Shown: positions 52,183 through 63,970 of the stretch, in pieces
Layout: each line of letters opens with the position of its first letter
How positions within the stretch are numbered: position 1 is the first letter of the stretch
Source: Mobula hypostoma
Lineage: Eukaryota
Direction: 5' to 3'
NCBI RefSeq assembly: GCF_963921235.1
Contig: NC_086108.1
Span: forward strand, 21,018,001-21,082,000
DNA: 64,000 nt
Made by a program: the position numbers and the translations under genes
The notes under the pieces: model-generated
What the model saw: the letters and a program-made list of their open reading frames with translations, nothing else
Database searches by the model: none
Told to the model about the DNA's origin: nothing

Positions 52183-54466
52183 CAGTAGCATGCAAAAGTT
52201 TGGGCACCCCTGGTCAAAATTTCTGTTACTGTGAATAGCTAAGCAAGTAAAAGATGAACTGATTTCCAAAAGGCATAAAGTTAAAAATGACACATTTCTT
52301 TAACATTTTAAGATTACTTTTTTATTTCCATCTTTTACAGTTTCAAAATAACAAAAAAGGAAAAGGGCCTGAGGCAAAAGTTTGGGCACCCTGCATGGTC
52401 AGTACTTAATAACACCCCCTTTGGCAAGTATCACAGCTTGTAAATGCTTTCTGTAGCCAGCTAAAGGCTGATTTATACTTGTGCGTCAAATGTGGCGTAC
52501 CCTACACTGTAGTCTACGCTGTAGCCTAACGCACACCTCTCCCAAAATGTAACTACACATCGCAGCGTCACAGACCGCAACTGTGATTGGTCCACTTGGT
52601 AGCATCGCATTTCCTCCTACGCTGCAATAGTTTGCCACTGGGCAACTGAAGGACAGGGAAGGAACTCTGGCTGCAATGCTTTCCATAAAGCTTTACAGAC
52701 CTCCGAAATTATGGAGGACCTTGTGTTTGACACCGGTTTGTAGCCAGCTGCTACAGCCTGTTGACTTCCACCTGAAGCTAAAACTCGAATGGTGAGTGCC
52801 AGTACCTGAGTATACTGTGCGTACACTGATACAAAATAAATGGTTGGAGACGATGAACCAAATCGTCAAATCTACCTGCCGACATCCGAAAATATTTGAA
52901 GCGCATTTTCTCGTTCATGTCTCTCAGTGGCTGGACAAGCACAGAAAATTCACCCTCCTTCAGTTTCAGTTGCCATTGTTTGAAGTCTGAGTTTCTTTGT
53001 GTTGAGTTTCGGCGGTGAATTGCAGAGTGACACAGACACACCAACGCACAAGTATAAATATTCACACTGGCGTAGCCCACTTGCGTAGGCTACGACGTAA
53101 CCTAGTACGCACAAGTATAAATCAGCCTTAAGAGTCTTTCAATTCTTGTTTGAGGGATTTTCGCCCATTCTTCCTTGCAAAAGGCCTCTAGTTCTGTGAG
53201 ATTCTTGGGCCACCTTGCATGCACTGCTCTTTTGAGGTCTATCCACAGATTCGATGATGTTTAGGTCAGGGGATTGTGAGGGCCATGGCAAAACCTACAG
53301 CTTGCGCCTCTTGAGGTAGTCTATTGTGGATTTTGAGGTGTTTTTAAGATCATTATTCTGCTGTAGAAGCCATCCTCTTTTCATCTTCAGCTTTTTTACA
53401 GACAGTGTGATGTTTGCTTCCAGAATTTGCTGGTGTTTAAATGAATTCATTCTTCCCTCTACCAGTGAAATGTTCCCCATGCCACTGGCTGCAACACAAG
53501 CCCAAAGCATGATCGATCCACCCTTGTGCTTAACAGTTGGAGAGGTGTTCTTTTCATGAAATTCTGCACCCTTTTTTCTCCATATATACCTTTGCTCATT
53601 GCAGCCAAAAAGTTCTATTTTAACTTCATCAGTCCACAGGACTTGCTTCCAAAATGCATCAGGCTTGTTTAGACGTTCCTTTGCAAACTTGACGCTGAAT
53701 TTTGTGGTAGAGGACACAGGAAAGGTTTTCTTCTGATGACTCTTCCATGAAGGTCATATTTGTCCAGGTGTCGCTGCACAGTAGAAAGTGCACCGCCACT
53801 CCAGAGTCTGCTAAATCTTCCTCAAGGTCTTTTGCAGTCAAACGGAGGTTTTGATTTGCCTTTCTAGCAGCTCTCTTTCGAGCAGTTTTCTCGGAAAGTT
53901 TTCTTGGTCTTCCAGACCTCAACTTGACCTCCACCGGTCCTGTTAACTGCCATTTCTTAATTACGTTACGAACTGAGGAAAAGGCTACCTGAAAACGCTT
54001 TGCCGTCTTCTTATAGCCTTCTCCTGCTTTGTGGGCATCATTTATTTTAATTTTCAGAGTGCTAGGCAGCTGTTTAGAGGAGCCCATGGCTGTTGATTGT
54101 TGGGACAAGGTTTGAGGAGTCAGGGTATTTATAAAGCTTTGAAATTTTCATCACCTGGCCTTTCCCAACGATGACTGTGGACAAGCCATAGCCCTAACAA
54201 GCTAATAAAGGTCTGAGACCTTGGTAGAAGTTACCTGAGAGCACAAATCTCTTGGGGTGCCCAAACTTTTGCATGGTGCTCCTTTCCTTTTCTCCACTCT
54301 GAAATTGTACAAAACAAAAATAATACACTAATCTTGCTTAAAATGTTGAAAAGAATGTTTCATCTTTAACTTTATGACTTTTGGAGATCAGTTCATCTTC
54401 TACTCACTTAACTAGTCACAATAACAGAAATTTTGACCAGGGTGCCTAAACTTTTGCATGCCACTG
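52183..54466 (-). mobile_element. Tc1-like transposon with long IR/DR ends, inactivated
   Basis: TA flanks at 52181-52182 and 54467-54468; TIRs of about 210 bp starting CAGT(A/G)GCATGCAAAAGTTT with internal direct repeats. Transposase from 54087 to 52399 (GRPRK, WTDE, WPSQSPDLN), frameshifted. Confidence 0.95.
52465..53128 (-). mobile_element. PIF/Harbinger deletion derivative
   Basis: Perfect 22-bp TIR AGGCTGATTTATACTTGTGCGT; TAA TSD at 52462-52464 and 53129-53131. Transposase N-terminal remnant ([32 protein letters not shown]). Confidence 0.93.
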
Positions 54467-54688
54467 TACATCATTTATTATTATATTGCCATTTGTCCTT
54501 TACTGTGCCTATGGTCTTGTTTGTTAATTATTGCACTGTCTTGCACTGTTTTGGGCACTTTATGTAGTCTCATGTAGGTCTGAAGTCTAATGTAGTTTTG
54601 TGTTGTTTCATGTAACATCATGGTCCTGGAGGAACGTTGTTTCGTTTTTACTGTGTACTGTACCAGCAGTTATGGTTGAAATGAAAAG

Positions 54689-54880
54689 GCCAGTTCATTG
54701 GCTATGTTTAAGAGGGAGTTAGATATGGCCCTTGTGGCTACAGGGGTCAGGGGGTATGGAGGGAAGGCTGGGGCGGGGTTTTGAGTTGGATGATCAGCCA
54801 TGATCATAATAAATGGCGGTGCAGGCTCGAAGGGCCGAATGGCCTACTCCTCCACCTATTTTCTATGTTTCTATGTTTCT
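54689..54880 (+). mobile_element. Short CR1 3' fragment
   Basis: Closely matches the 3' end of the CR1 at 621-812, including (TTTCTATG)n. Flanked by AAAAG on both sides. Confidence 0.88.
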
Positions 54881-57800
54881 AAAAGTGACTTGAACTTGAG
54901 TCACTACCACCGGGCTAAATGGGATGGACTTTGAATAGATCTAGCAGCCTAAGACTGGGCATCCAGGAGGTGCTGTGGGCCATCAGCAGCAGCAGAATTG
55001 TACTCAACTGCAATTTATAATCTCATGGCCCAGCATATCCCCCACTCTAACATTACCACCAGTCCAGGGGATCAACCCTGATTCAATGAAGAGTGCAGGA
55101 AGGGATGCCACGAGCTACATCAGGCATACAGTACCTCAATATAGGGCGTCACCGTAGTGAAGCCACAGTACAGGACTACTTGCATGCCAAACACCATTAG
55201 CAGCAAGTAATAGAGCTAAGTGTTCCCACAACCAACAGATCAGATCTAAGCTCTGTAGTCCTGCCACATCCAGCTGTGAATGGTGGTGGACAATGAAACA
55301 ACTCACTGGAGGAGGCTCCACAAATATCCTCATCTCAATGATAGAGGAGCCCAGTGCACCTGTGCAAAAGATAAAGCTGAAGCATTTGCAACAATCTTCA
55401 GTCAGAAGTGCCGAGTAGATGATCCAGCTCTACCTCCTCCTGAAGACCCCAGCATCCCAAATGTCAGCATGCACTCTGATTCACTCCATGTGATATCAAG
55501 AAATGGCTGAAAGTACTGGATACTGCGAAGGGTATGGACCCAGACAAAATCCCAGCAATAGTCTTGAATACTTGTGCTCCAGAACTTGCCACGCCACTAG
55601 CGAAGCTGTTCCAGTACAGCTACACCACCAACATCTACCTGGCATTGTGGAAAATTGCCCAGGTATGACCTGTACACAAAAAACAGGACAAGTCCAACAC
55701 AGCCAATTACAGCCCTATCAGCCTACTCTCAATCATCAGCAAAGTAACGGAAGGGATCATCAACAGTGCTCTCATGCAGCACCTACTCGGCAATAATCTG
55801 CTTTCGGATGCCCAGTTTGGGTTCTGTCAAGGCTGCTCAGCTCCTGACCTCATTACCTCCTCGGTCCAAACATGGACCAAAGAGCTAAATACCAGAGGTG
55901 AAGTAAGAGTGACAGCTTCAGCATCAAGGCAGCATTTGACCGAGTATGACATCAAGTTGCTCTAGCTAAAATGGAATCAATGGCAATTAGGCGGAAAATC
56001 CTCTGCTGGTTGGAATCATACCTGACACAAAGGAAGATGGTTGTGGTGGTTGGAGATCAATCATCTCATCCTCAGGATATCACTGCAGGAGTTCCTCAGG
56101 GAAGTGTCTGAGGACCAACCATCTTCAGCTGCTTCGTCAATGACCTTCCTTCTATCACAAGGTCAGAAGTGACGATGTTCGCAGATGACTGCACAATGTT
56201 CTGCACCATTCGTGACTCCGCAGTTCATACCCAAATGTAGCTGGACCTGGATAATATCTAGGCTTGGGCTGACACATGGCAAGTAACATTCGAGCAACAA
56301 AAGTGTCAGGCAATGACCATCTCCTACAAGAGAGGCTCTAACCATCATCCCTAGACATTCAGTGGCACCACTTATCATTGAATCCCCTACTATCAACATC
56401 CTGGGCGGGTTACCATTCACAGGAAACTGAACCGTGGCTATCAGAGCAGGTCAAAAGCTAGGAATCCTGCAGTGTGTAACTCATTTCGTGACTCCCTAAA
56501 GCCTATCTACCATGTACAAGGCTAAGGTGAGGAGTGTAATGGAATACTCACCATGCACCTAGATGAGTGCAGCTCCATCAATACTCAAGAAGCTTGACCC
56601 CATCCAGTACAAGGCAGTCCACTTGATTGGTACCCCTTCCACAAACATCCAATCCCTCCACCATGAAGGATAGTTGCAGCAGTGTGTATGTACTATCTAC
56701 AAGATGCACTGCAAAAACACACCAAATAGTACATCTACAAGATGCACTGCAAAAACACACCAAAGTTTCTAAGGCAGCACCTTCCAGACCCACAGCCACT
56801 AGCATCTAGATGGACAAGAACAGCAGGTATCTGGGAACACCACCATTTGGGAATTACCCTCCAAGTCACTCACCATCTGGACTTGGAAACATATCGCCAT
56901 TCCTTAATGTCGCAGGGTCAAAATCATGGAATTCCCTCCCTAACAGCAGTGTGTGTGTGTACCTACATCTCAGGGACTGCAGTGGTTCAAGAAGGCAGCT
57001 CATCACCACCTTCTCAAGGGCAACTAGGGATGGGCAATAAATGCTGGCTCAGCTGGCGACACCCACATCCCGTAAATGAACTTTACTCTATCCAAATAGA
57101 AATCTTAGATTCCTTTGAACTTAAAGTTGTCCAATCTTGGATTTGGTTTGCTCAATGTCACGTCAAAAAACAATGCCTGCTCTAATTGGTAACACATTAA
57201 TTTTTTTTTCTCCATTTAGAGATGCTCAAAACCAAAATTTCTTAACCAGTCAGTGGAAGAACCTAAGAAGCTTACCACCACCAACAAGCCCCCCACCACC
57301 TGCCCCATTGGGAAACTGGGAAGTTAAAGATAACTGGTATAAAATATGTGCCATTTAATTCCATGATTTTGCAAACCTGATTAAATAATCTACATTTAAA
57401 ACTCACTGTGCCAACAATTTAAAGAAAATTTCCAGGAATTTATTGTTTCTGCAAAAAAAAAATGAACACACCACAATGCATGCTAACAATCTTCTACATT
57501 CCTTCCTCTCTGCATCAGAGGTCACATGTGTACAAACCATAAACTTTTAGGAAACTGAACAGTAATAAGGGAACAGAATATGGATGTCCTAAAAGCAAAT
57601 TATCAAGAATGTTTAATTTTAAATTAAAAAAGAGTATCAATTGGATAAAGTGAACTCAAATATAACTTTCTCAACAAAATGTTCTTACAGAAATTCAGAA
57701 GTAGGCTAAAATATCATAACACAAATGCTGATGGGGCAACAGGAAAAGATGGATAATTATGACTGGTGTTCATAGAAATAAGACTCTTACGGAATGTTAA

Positions 57801-58788
57801 CACAGGCAAAGGGTAGGCAATGACATACTCAAAGCTTTGTACGAAAAACCCCATGCAGTCCTGGGGACCTCAACTCTTTTCCATAGATGCTGCCTGGCCT
57901 GCTGAGTTCCTCTAGCTTTGGATTTCCAGCATCTTCAGATTTTCTCCTGTTTGTGCTGAAAACCATTTTTGTTCTTCCTATTTAAATTTTAAAGTATAAT
58001 TTGAGTAAGGCATAAAGAGCTTTAAATTTGGCAACAGAGATGAAAATAGCAAGGATTAGGAAAGACCAAGAAAGATCAAGATATACAAGTGGAAGTTGTA
58101 AAGTAAAGTAAGCTTTTAAGGATAAAAATGTAAAAAAAAACTTATAATAATGGAAAGATCTTAAAAGGTGGGAAAAAAGAGACTTTGAGGTGCAAATATA
58201 AAAAAAATGACAGTGCAAGTACATATAGGTAGTCATAAAATAAAACAATATTCTTCTTACTCTGATAAGGGTAATTAGGGCTTTAAAAATTCAAGGCTAT
58301 AGTAAAATTGCACAAAACAATTGCTCACAAACAAGTAAGAACTGCAGAAAATTGCTCTTTAGAATGTAAGTAAATTACAGAACCCGGAAGGGGAAATGAA
58401 GGATGGGGGATTGGGTTGGAGATCAGTGACAGAAGGAAGCATGTGGAGAATAACATGGGATTAACATCGACTGACCATAGGTGATGACCTGTGCAAACTT
58501 AGTAGGCCAAAGGTCCCATCTGTGTGACTGGATTGCAAGGCAGAGAAATTTCTTGACCCAAACAGTTGTAGATCTACTAAATTCTTTACTTCAAAGAGCA
58601 GTGAATTCTAAATTGTTGATCTTAAGACCAACATTGGTAGATTTTTGAATACTAAAAGTATTAAGGCATATGGAGTTTGGATTAAAAAAGAGTGAAGCTC
58701 AAGATCAATAATGTTCCAAAGCATGCTAACTCTTTTATTTATATTCTTATGATGTTGTGCATGAGCAACAACAGAAGACACTATGATA

Positions 58789-59481
58789 GAACATAGAAAA
58801 GTACAGCACAGTGCAGGCCCTTCAGCCCACAAGGTTGTGCCGACCCTCAAACCTTGCCTCCCATATAAGCCCCCACCTTAAATTCCTCCATATACCTGTC
58901 TAGTAGTCTATTAAACTTCACTAGTGTATCTGCCTCCACCACTGACTCAGGCAGTGCATTCCACGCACCAACCACTCTCTGAGTAAAAAACCTTCCTCTA
59001 ATATCCCCCTTGAACTTCCCACCCCTTACCTTAAAGCCATGTCCTCTTGTATTGAGCAGTGGTGCCCCAGGGAAGAGGCGCTGGCTATCCACTCTATCTA
59101 TTCCTCTTATCTTGTATACCTCTATCATGTCTCCTCTCACCCTCCTTCTCTCCAAAGAGTAAAGCCCTAGCTCCCTTAATCTCTGATCATAATGTATACT
59201 CTCTAAACCAGGCAGCATCCTGGTAAATCTCTTCTGTACCCTTTCCAATGCTTCCACATCCTTCCTGTAGTGAAGCGACCAGAACTGGACACAGTGCTCC
59301 AAGTGTGGCCTAACCAGAGTTTTATAGAGCTGCATCATTACATCGCGACTCTTAAACTCTATCCCTCGACTTATGAAAGCTAACACCCCATAAGCTTTCT
59401 TAACTACCCTATCCACCTGTGAGGCAACTTTCAGGGATCTGTGGACATGTACCCCCAGATCCCTCTGCTCCTCCACACTAG
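58789..59481 (-). mobile_element. 5'-truncated CR1 with 9-bp TSD
   Basis: Open ORF2 C-terminus at 58847-59476 nearly identical to 8430-9126. ACTATGATA at 58780-58788 and 59482-59490. Confidence 0.93.
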
Positions 59482-59559
59482 ACTATGATACTGATACAAT
59501 TTCCACTGAAGTAAGTTTAAGACTTAATATAGATGCAGAAAATTATGGGTTGAAGTTAT

Positions 59560-60360
59560 TGATGATAAACTGGTCAGTCAACAATGAGATGCTTTCAGTT
59601 CTTTCAAAACCCAACCAACTAAATTGATAACCACACAACTTTACTTCTTCTCAACAGACACTGTAAATGGCCCTCTCTCTGGTGGTTCTTTCCTCTTTCA
59701 AAACAGCCCTTTTGATTATATATTCCTTACAAAATTTTGCTCCAACTCAGAAAAACCATCTACTCCAATACTAGTGAGATTATCTTAAATCCACAAACAA
59801 TACTCCAGTCCCTCATACATCAAATTATTTGCAACCTTTAAAACAACAAAACAGCACATTCACTTTTAAAGATCTTTGATACTGTCCAGATCAAAGAACA
59901 TATTCCATTCCATATTGGCTTCTTACTGCATTCCTTACAGACACCCAAGGGCATCACTGAACAGAAGAGCCCATTATATTCTTGGTCTTATCCTTTCTTA
60001 TCTAGGTACTGACTCTTGGCAACATCACCCACAGATGTGAAATAAGCTTTCATGTGTATAGAGTGAACACTGAATCTATCTGTGCTCCTCGTTCCCAAAG
60101 TCAGACTTTCAAGTTTAGGAAGAAAAACAATCATCTTCTTGCTAAAATTTTGGAACAGTAAAGTCACGGTCTTGGGCTCTACCACCATCTCTTTTTGCTG
60201 CCATCCAACAGACTCTCTGCCTGCCACAATCTCCACACGTTTGGTATCCCAAGCAGAGGCTCTCGCAAATTCTGCTAAATTCAATCTTTGTATCATCATC
60301 CACCTCAGTCTTCTTGGCAATAGGTAGTTTCATCTATGTCTCTGTTATCTCCACGTCCAA
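59560..60360 (-). mobile_element. Very old CR1-like RT fragment
   Basis: LDVEI..EVDDDTKI (degenerate KFADDTK) followed by collinear decayed CR1 motifs. Confidence 0.5.
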
Positions 60361-60599
60361 ATATTTTTAATAATTATAAAAGCAAAATCTTACAGATACT
60401 GGAAATTTCAAATAAAAAAAATTGGAAACATTCATTACCTGAAACTCAATACAGTATTGAGTTCAGCAGGTTTATGCTTAATTAATAAATGAAATGCTGT
60501 TTTCAGGTTTACATTGAGCCTCATTAGAACAAGATCAGAAGCCAATGACAGAAAGATCAAAGATGAGTAGAACAGAAAACAGTTAATGGTGAGCCCCTC

Positions 60600-60785
60600 T
60601 CCCCATGTCACAACTGAGCTTCGGTAATGATGACCAACTGATTTATAAGTATATAAAAGCCAAGCATTTGGAGTACACAGATGATGTCTCCTTGTATGGT
60701 GACGAAACATTTGCAAATGGATTACCAAGATCGAAGAATAACTCAACTCAACTATAAAACACTTGAGCTACACATTTTCCAAGTT
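60600..60785 (+). repeat. Possible second Penelope-type terminal repeat with degenerate hammerhead
   Basis: TATATAAAA at about 60650, then TACA-CAGATGA-T-GTCTCC TTGTAT GGTGAC-GAAA-CA-TT-TGCA at 60674-60715. Confidence 0.5.
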
Positions 60786-61003
60786 ATTTCCAGTTTTTAG
60801 GGTCAAGCTTAGAAGCTGGTGGCAAGACAATTTGTAGATATCATCCAATCAGCTTTGATTATTCCAATACAAAAAGTCTGCATTTTGAGGAGATAATACT
60901 ATGCTCTAAACAGAAAGCAGCACATTAAAAATGTTAAGTGTTTTGAGCTCATTGGCAGTGGAAATGAAGAGGAGTAGGGGAGGTGCAGTACCTCCTGCAG
61001 GTA

Positions 61004-62588
61004 CAGTTGAAGTCAGAAGCTTGCATACACCTTAGCCAAATACATTTAATCTCAGTTTTTCACAATTCCTGACATTTAATTCTAGAAAGCATTCCCTGTT
61101 TTAGGTCAGTTAGGATCAATACTTTATTTTAAGAATGTGAAATGTCAGAATAATAGTAGAGAGAATGATTTATTTCAGCTTTTATTTCTTTCATCACTTT
61201 CCCAGTGGGTCAGAAGCTTACATACACTTTGTTAATATTTGGTAACATTGCCTTTACATCGTTTAATTTGGGTCAAACGTTTTGGGTAGCCTTCCACAAG
61301 CTTCTCACAATAAGTTGCTGGAATTTTGTTTCATTCCTCCAGACAGAACTGGGGTAACTGAGTCAGGTTTGTAGGCCTCCTTGCTCGCACACAAATCTTC
61401 TATCGGATTGAGGTCTGAAAATGATGCCAAGTCTGGTTCATCCTTGGAAGAAATTTCCAAACGCCTGAAGGTACCACGTTCGTCTGTACAAACAATAGTA
61501 CGCAACTATAGACACCATGGGACCACGCAGTCATCATACAGTTCAGGAAGGAGATGTATTCTGACTCCTAGAGATGAATGTACTTTGGCGCGAAAAGTGC
61601 AAATCAATCCCAGAACAACAGCAAAGGACCTTGTGAAGATGCTGGAGGAAACAAGTATCTATATCCACAGTAAAACGAGCCCTATATCGACATAACCTGA
61701 AAAGCTGCTCAGCAAGGAAGCAGCCACTGCTCCAAAACCGCCATTAAAAAGCCAGACTACAGTTTGCAAGCCAGAACATGGGGACAAAGATCTTACTTTT
61801 TGGAGAAATGTTCTCTGGTCTGATGAAACAAAAATTGAACTGTTTGGCCATAATGGCCATCATTATGTTTGGAGGAAAAAGGGTGAGGCTTGCAAGCCGA
61901 AGAACACCATCCCAATTATGAAGCATGGGCATGTCAGCATCATGCTGTGGGGGTGCTTTGCTGCAGGAGGGACTGGTGCACTTCACAAAATAGATGGCAT
62001 CATGAGGAAGGAAAATTATGTGGTTTTATTGAAGCAACATCTCAAGACACCAGCCAAGTTAAAACCCAGTCGCAAATGGGTCTTCCAAATGGACAATGAC
62101 CCCAAGCAAACCTCCAAAGTTGTGGCAAAATTGCTTCAGGACAACAAAGTCAAGGTATTGGAGTGGCCATCACAAAGCCCTGACCTCAATCCGATAGAAG
62201 ATTTGTGGGCAGAACTGAAAAAAAATGTGCAAGCAAGCATGTTACACCAGTTCTGTCTGGAGGAATGAAACAAAATTCCAGCAACTTATTGTGAGAAGCT
62301 TGTGGAAGGCTACCCAAAACGTTTGACCCAAGTTAAACAATTTAAAGGCAATGCTACCAAATACTAACAAAGTGCATGTAAACTTCTGACCCACTGGGAA
62401 ACTAATGAAAGAAATAAAAGCTGAAATAAATCATTCTCTCTACTATTATTCTGACATTTCACATTCTTGAAATAGTGATCCTAACAATCTAAGACAGGGA
62501 ATGTTTTCTAGGATTAAATGTCAGGAATTGTGAAAAACTGAGATTAAATGTATTGGCTAAGGTGTATGTAAACTTCTGACTTCAACTG
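61004..62588 (+). mobile_element. Sleeping Beauty-like Tc1 transposon with two right ends
   Basis: TA flanks and termini CAGTTGAAGTCAGAAG. Transposase remnant at about 61428-62366 (KSGSSL..ISKRLKVPRSSVQTIVR, WSDETK, FQMDNDPK, WPSQSPDLNPIE, FKGNATKY*). 61004-61415 is an inverted copy of 62182-62588. Confidence 0.95.
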
Positions 62589-63659
62589 TACATGACCATG
62601 TACCATGGAAAGGGCAGCTATCATTGGTGAGAGAAATGAATAAGCATTCAGAGAGAATGCTCAAAACAAAAGGGAGAAAAACAAGTTTCTGAGATGCAAA
62701 GGGATCACAGGGGCAAAAGGAGTGAAAGGTGAACTTTTAAATGATCCCCTAATCAGCTACTATTCTTCATTTGCTGTAAATAGCTTACTCCAACTCCACT
62801 GTTCATATCCTAACTATACCAGTCATCTACATCCTCAAAGACTTTAACTCCTAGTCTTTGAATGGCTCAAATTTAATCTTGCCTTTTTAAATGTCTTCAT
62901 GACCTCACCTCAAAGTAACTTTAGTCTAACAATATTACAAAATCCATTGCCCAAACATGTTCCATTTGCTATAACTGGTTTCTTCACCCTCCTCCACCCC
63001 AATCCCTTAATGCATATGACCTCTGAATATTAAAATGCCACTCTTTAAACATTTCCTTTCTCAGCCATACTGTCATTTAAGAGCCTTATTAAAGCTTACC
63101 CAAGTTTCCATAATCCTTGATCCTATTTCCTCTATTTTTGAAGCACACTCTCAAAGGCACCGCACAAAATACACAACTTACATCGATAATTCTAAATGGG
63201 CAATTCAATATTTTGTTTAAATCTCTGCTTCCTGAAGAGAAAATGAATTACAAATTTCCAGTTTCAACAGCAAGCAAAAAAGAGACATGCTTAATTTCGT
63301 TAGTAAAACCCAATCTTATGTAAACAAGTTTAATTCATGAACCTACTAATATTCTATAAACAAACTAAATTGAAGCAAAGCCAAATATAATTTTATGCAC
63401 TGCATAGAAGATAACATGATCTTCCTTTTATATGTAAACATTTTCTCAGTTACTTGACTACTACTTAGAACTCGTCTGTGAACAAAATAAATCTTGCAGT
63501 ATTTAACATAATTTCATGCATATAATTAATTCCCCTCTACAACTGAAACAAAACTTCCTTTTAGTAAATGAACAGGCAATGACAGATTTTGTTAAACCAC
63601 TTTATCTTCAGGAACAAAAAGTTACCAATCATGGAATTCCGAAGTTTTGAAGGAAGGAG

Positions 63660-63970
63660 AAACTTGCATATATTGCAAGATTCTGGAATGGTTCTCAAAG
63701 AGCAGAAAATTGCACATGTCCGTCCACTCTCAAAGAAGAGATGGAGGCAAAAAAAACATGAACATATAGACCAGTTTGCTTGACTCCAATGGTTGGCAAG
63801 AGGTTAGTGTCCATTATTAAAGATGAGATTACAGGGTACTTGGAGGCATATAATAAAATAGGCAGAAGTCAGCATGGTTTTAAGGGCGAATCTTACCTGA
63901 CAAACCTGTTGGAATTCTTTGAGGAAATAAAATGCAAAATGGACAAAGGAGAGTCGATGGACGTTGTTTC
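63660..63970 (+). mobile_element. Degraded CR1 RT fragment
   Basis: Translation IGRSQHGF..LTNLLEFFEE..GESMDVV. Confidence 0.8.

Larger units (their letters stand above)
51775..54900 (+). mobile_element. Rex1-like LINE 3' fragment hosting Tc1 and CR1 insertions
   Basis: Translation TAWFGNCTVSDRKTLEWIVRSAEGII...LPSGKRYQSI..RLCNSFFPQAIRL. 3' UTR resumes after 54468; tail ACTTGAACTTGA. Confidence 0.8.
50991..57080 (+). mobile_element. CR1/L2-group LINE with tRNA-like head, split by nested insertions at about 51775-54900
   Basis: A/B boxes at 50995-51063. EN remnants (IVVLTES, HRQDR, LQQVVREPTRG) at 51200-51770; RT remnants (NYSPISLLS, QFGF, GVPQGS, FADD) at 55500-56200. 3' end GGGCAATAAATGCTGG..CCCACATCCC. 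Confidence 0.8.

Noticed and set aside
57220..57340. Polypyrimidine-AG followed by a proline-rich frame
   Set aside because: QNFLTSQWKNLRSLP resembles the decayed CR1 C-terminal NFFTQRVVNLWNSLP motif, and the donor is weak.
59988..60333. Overlapping ORFs that look like host exons
   Set aside because: Better explained as a very decayed CR1 RT (DDTKI motif and collinear remnants); no convincing splice sites.
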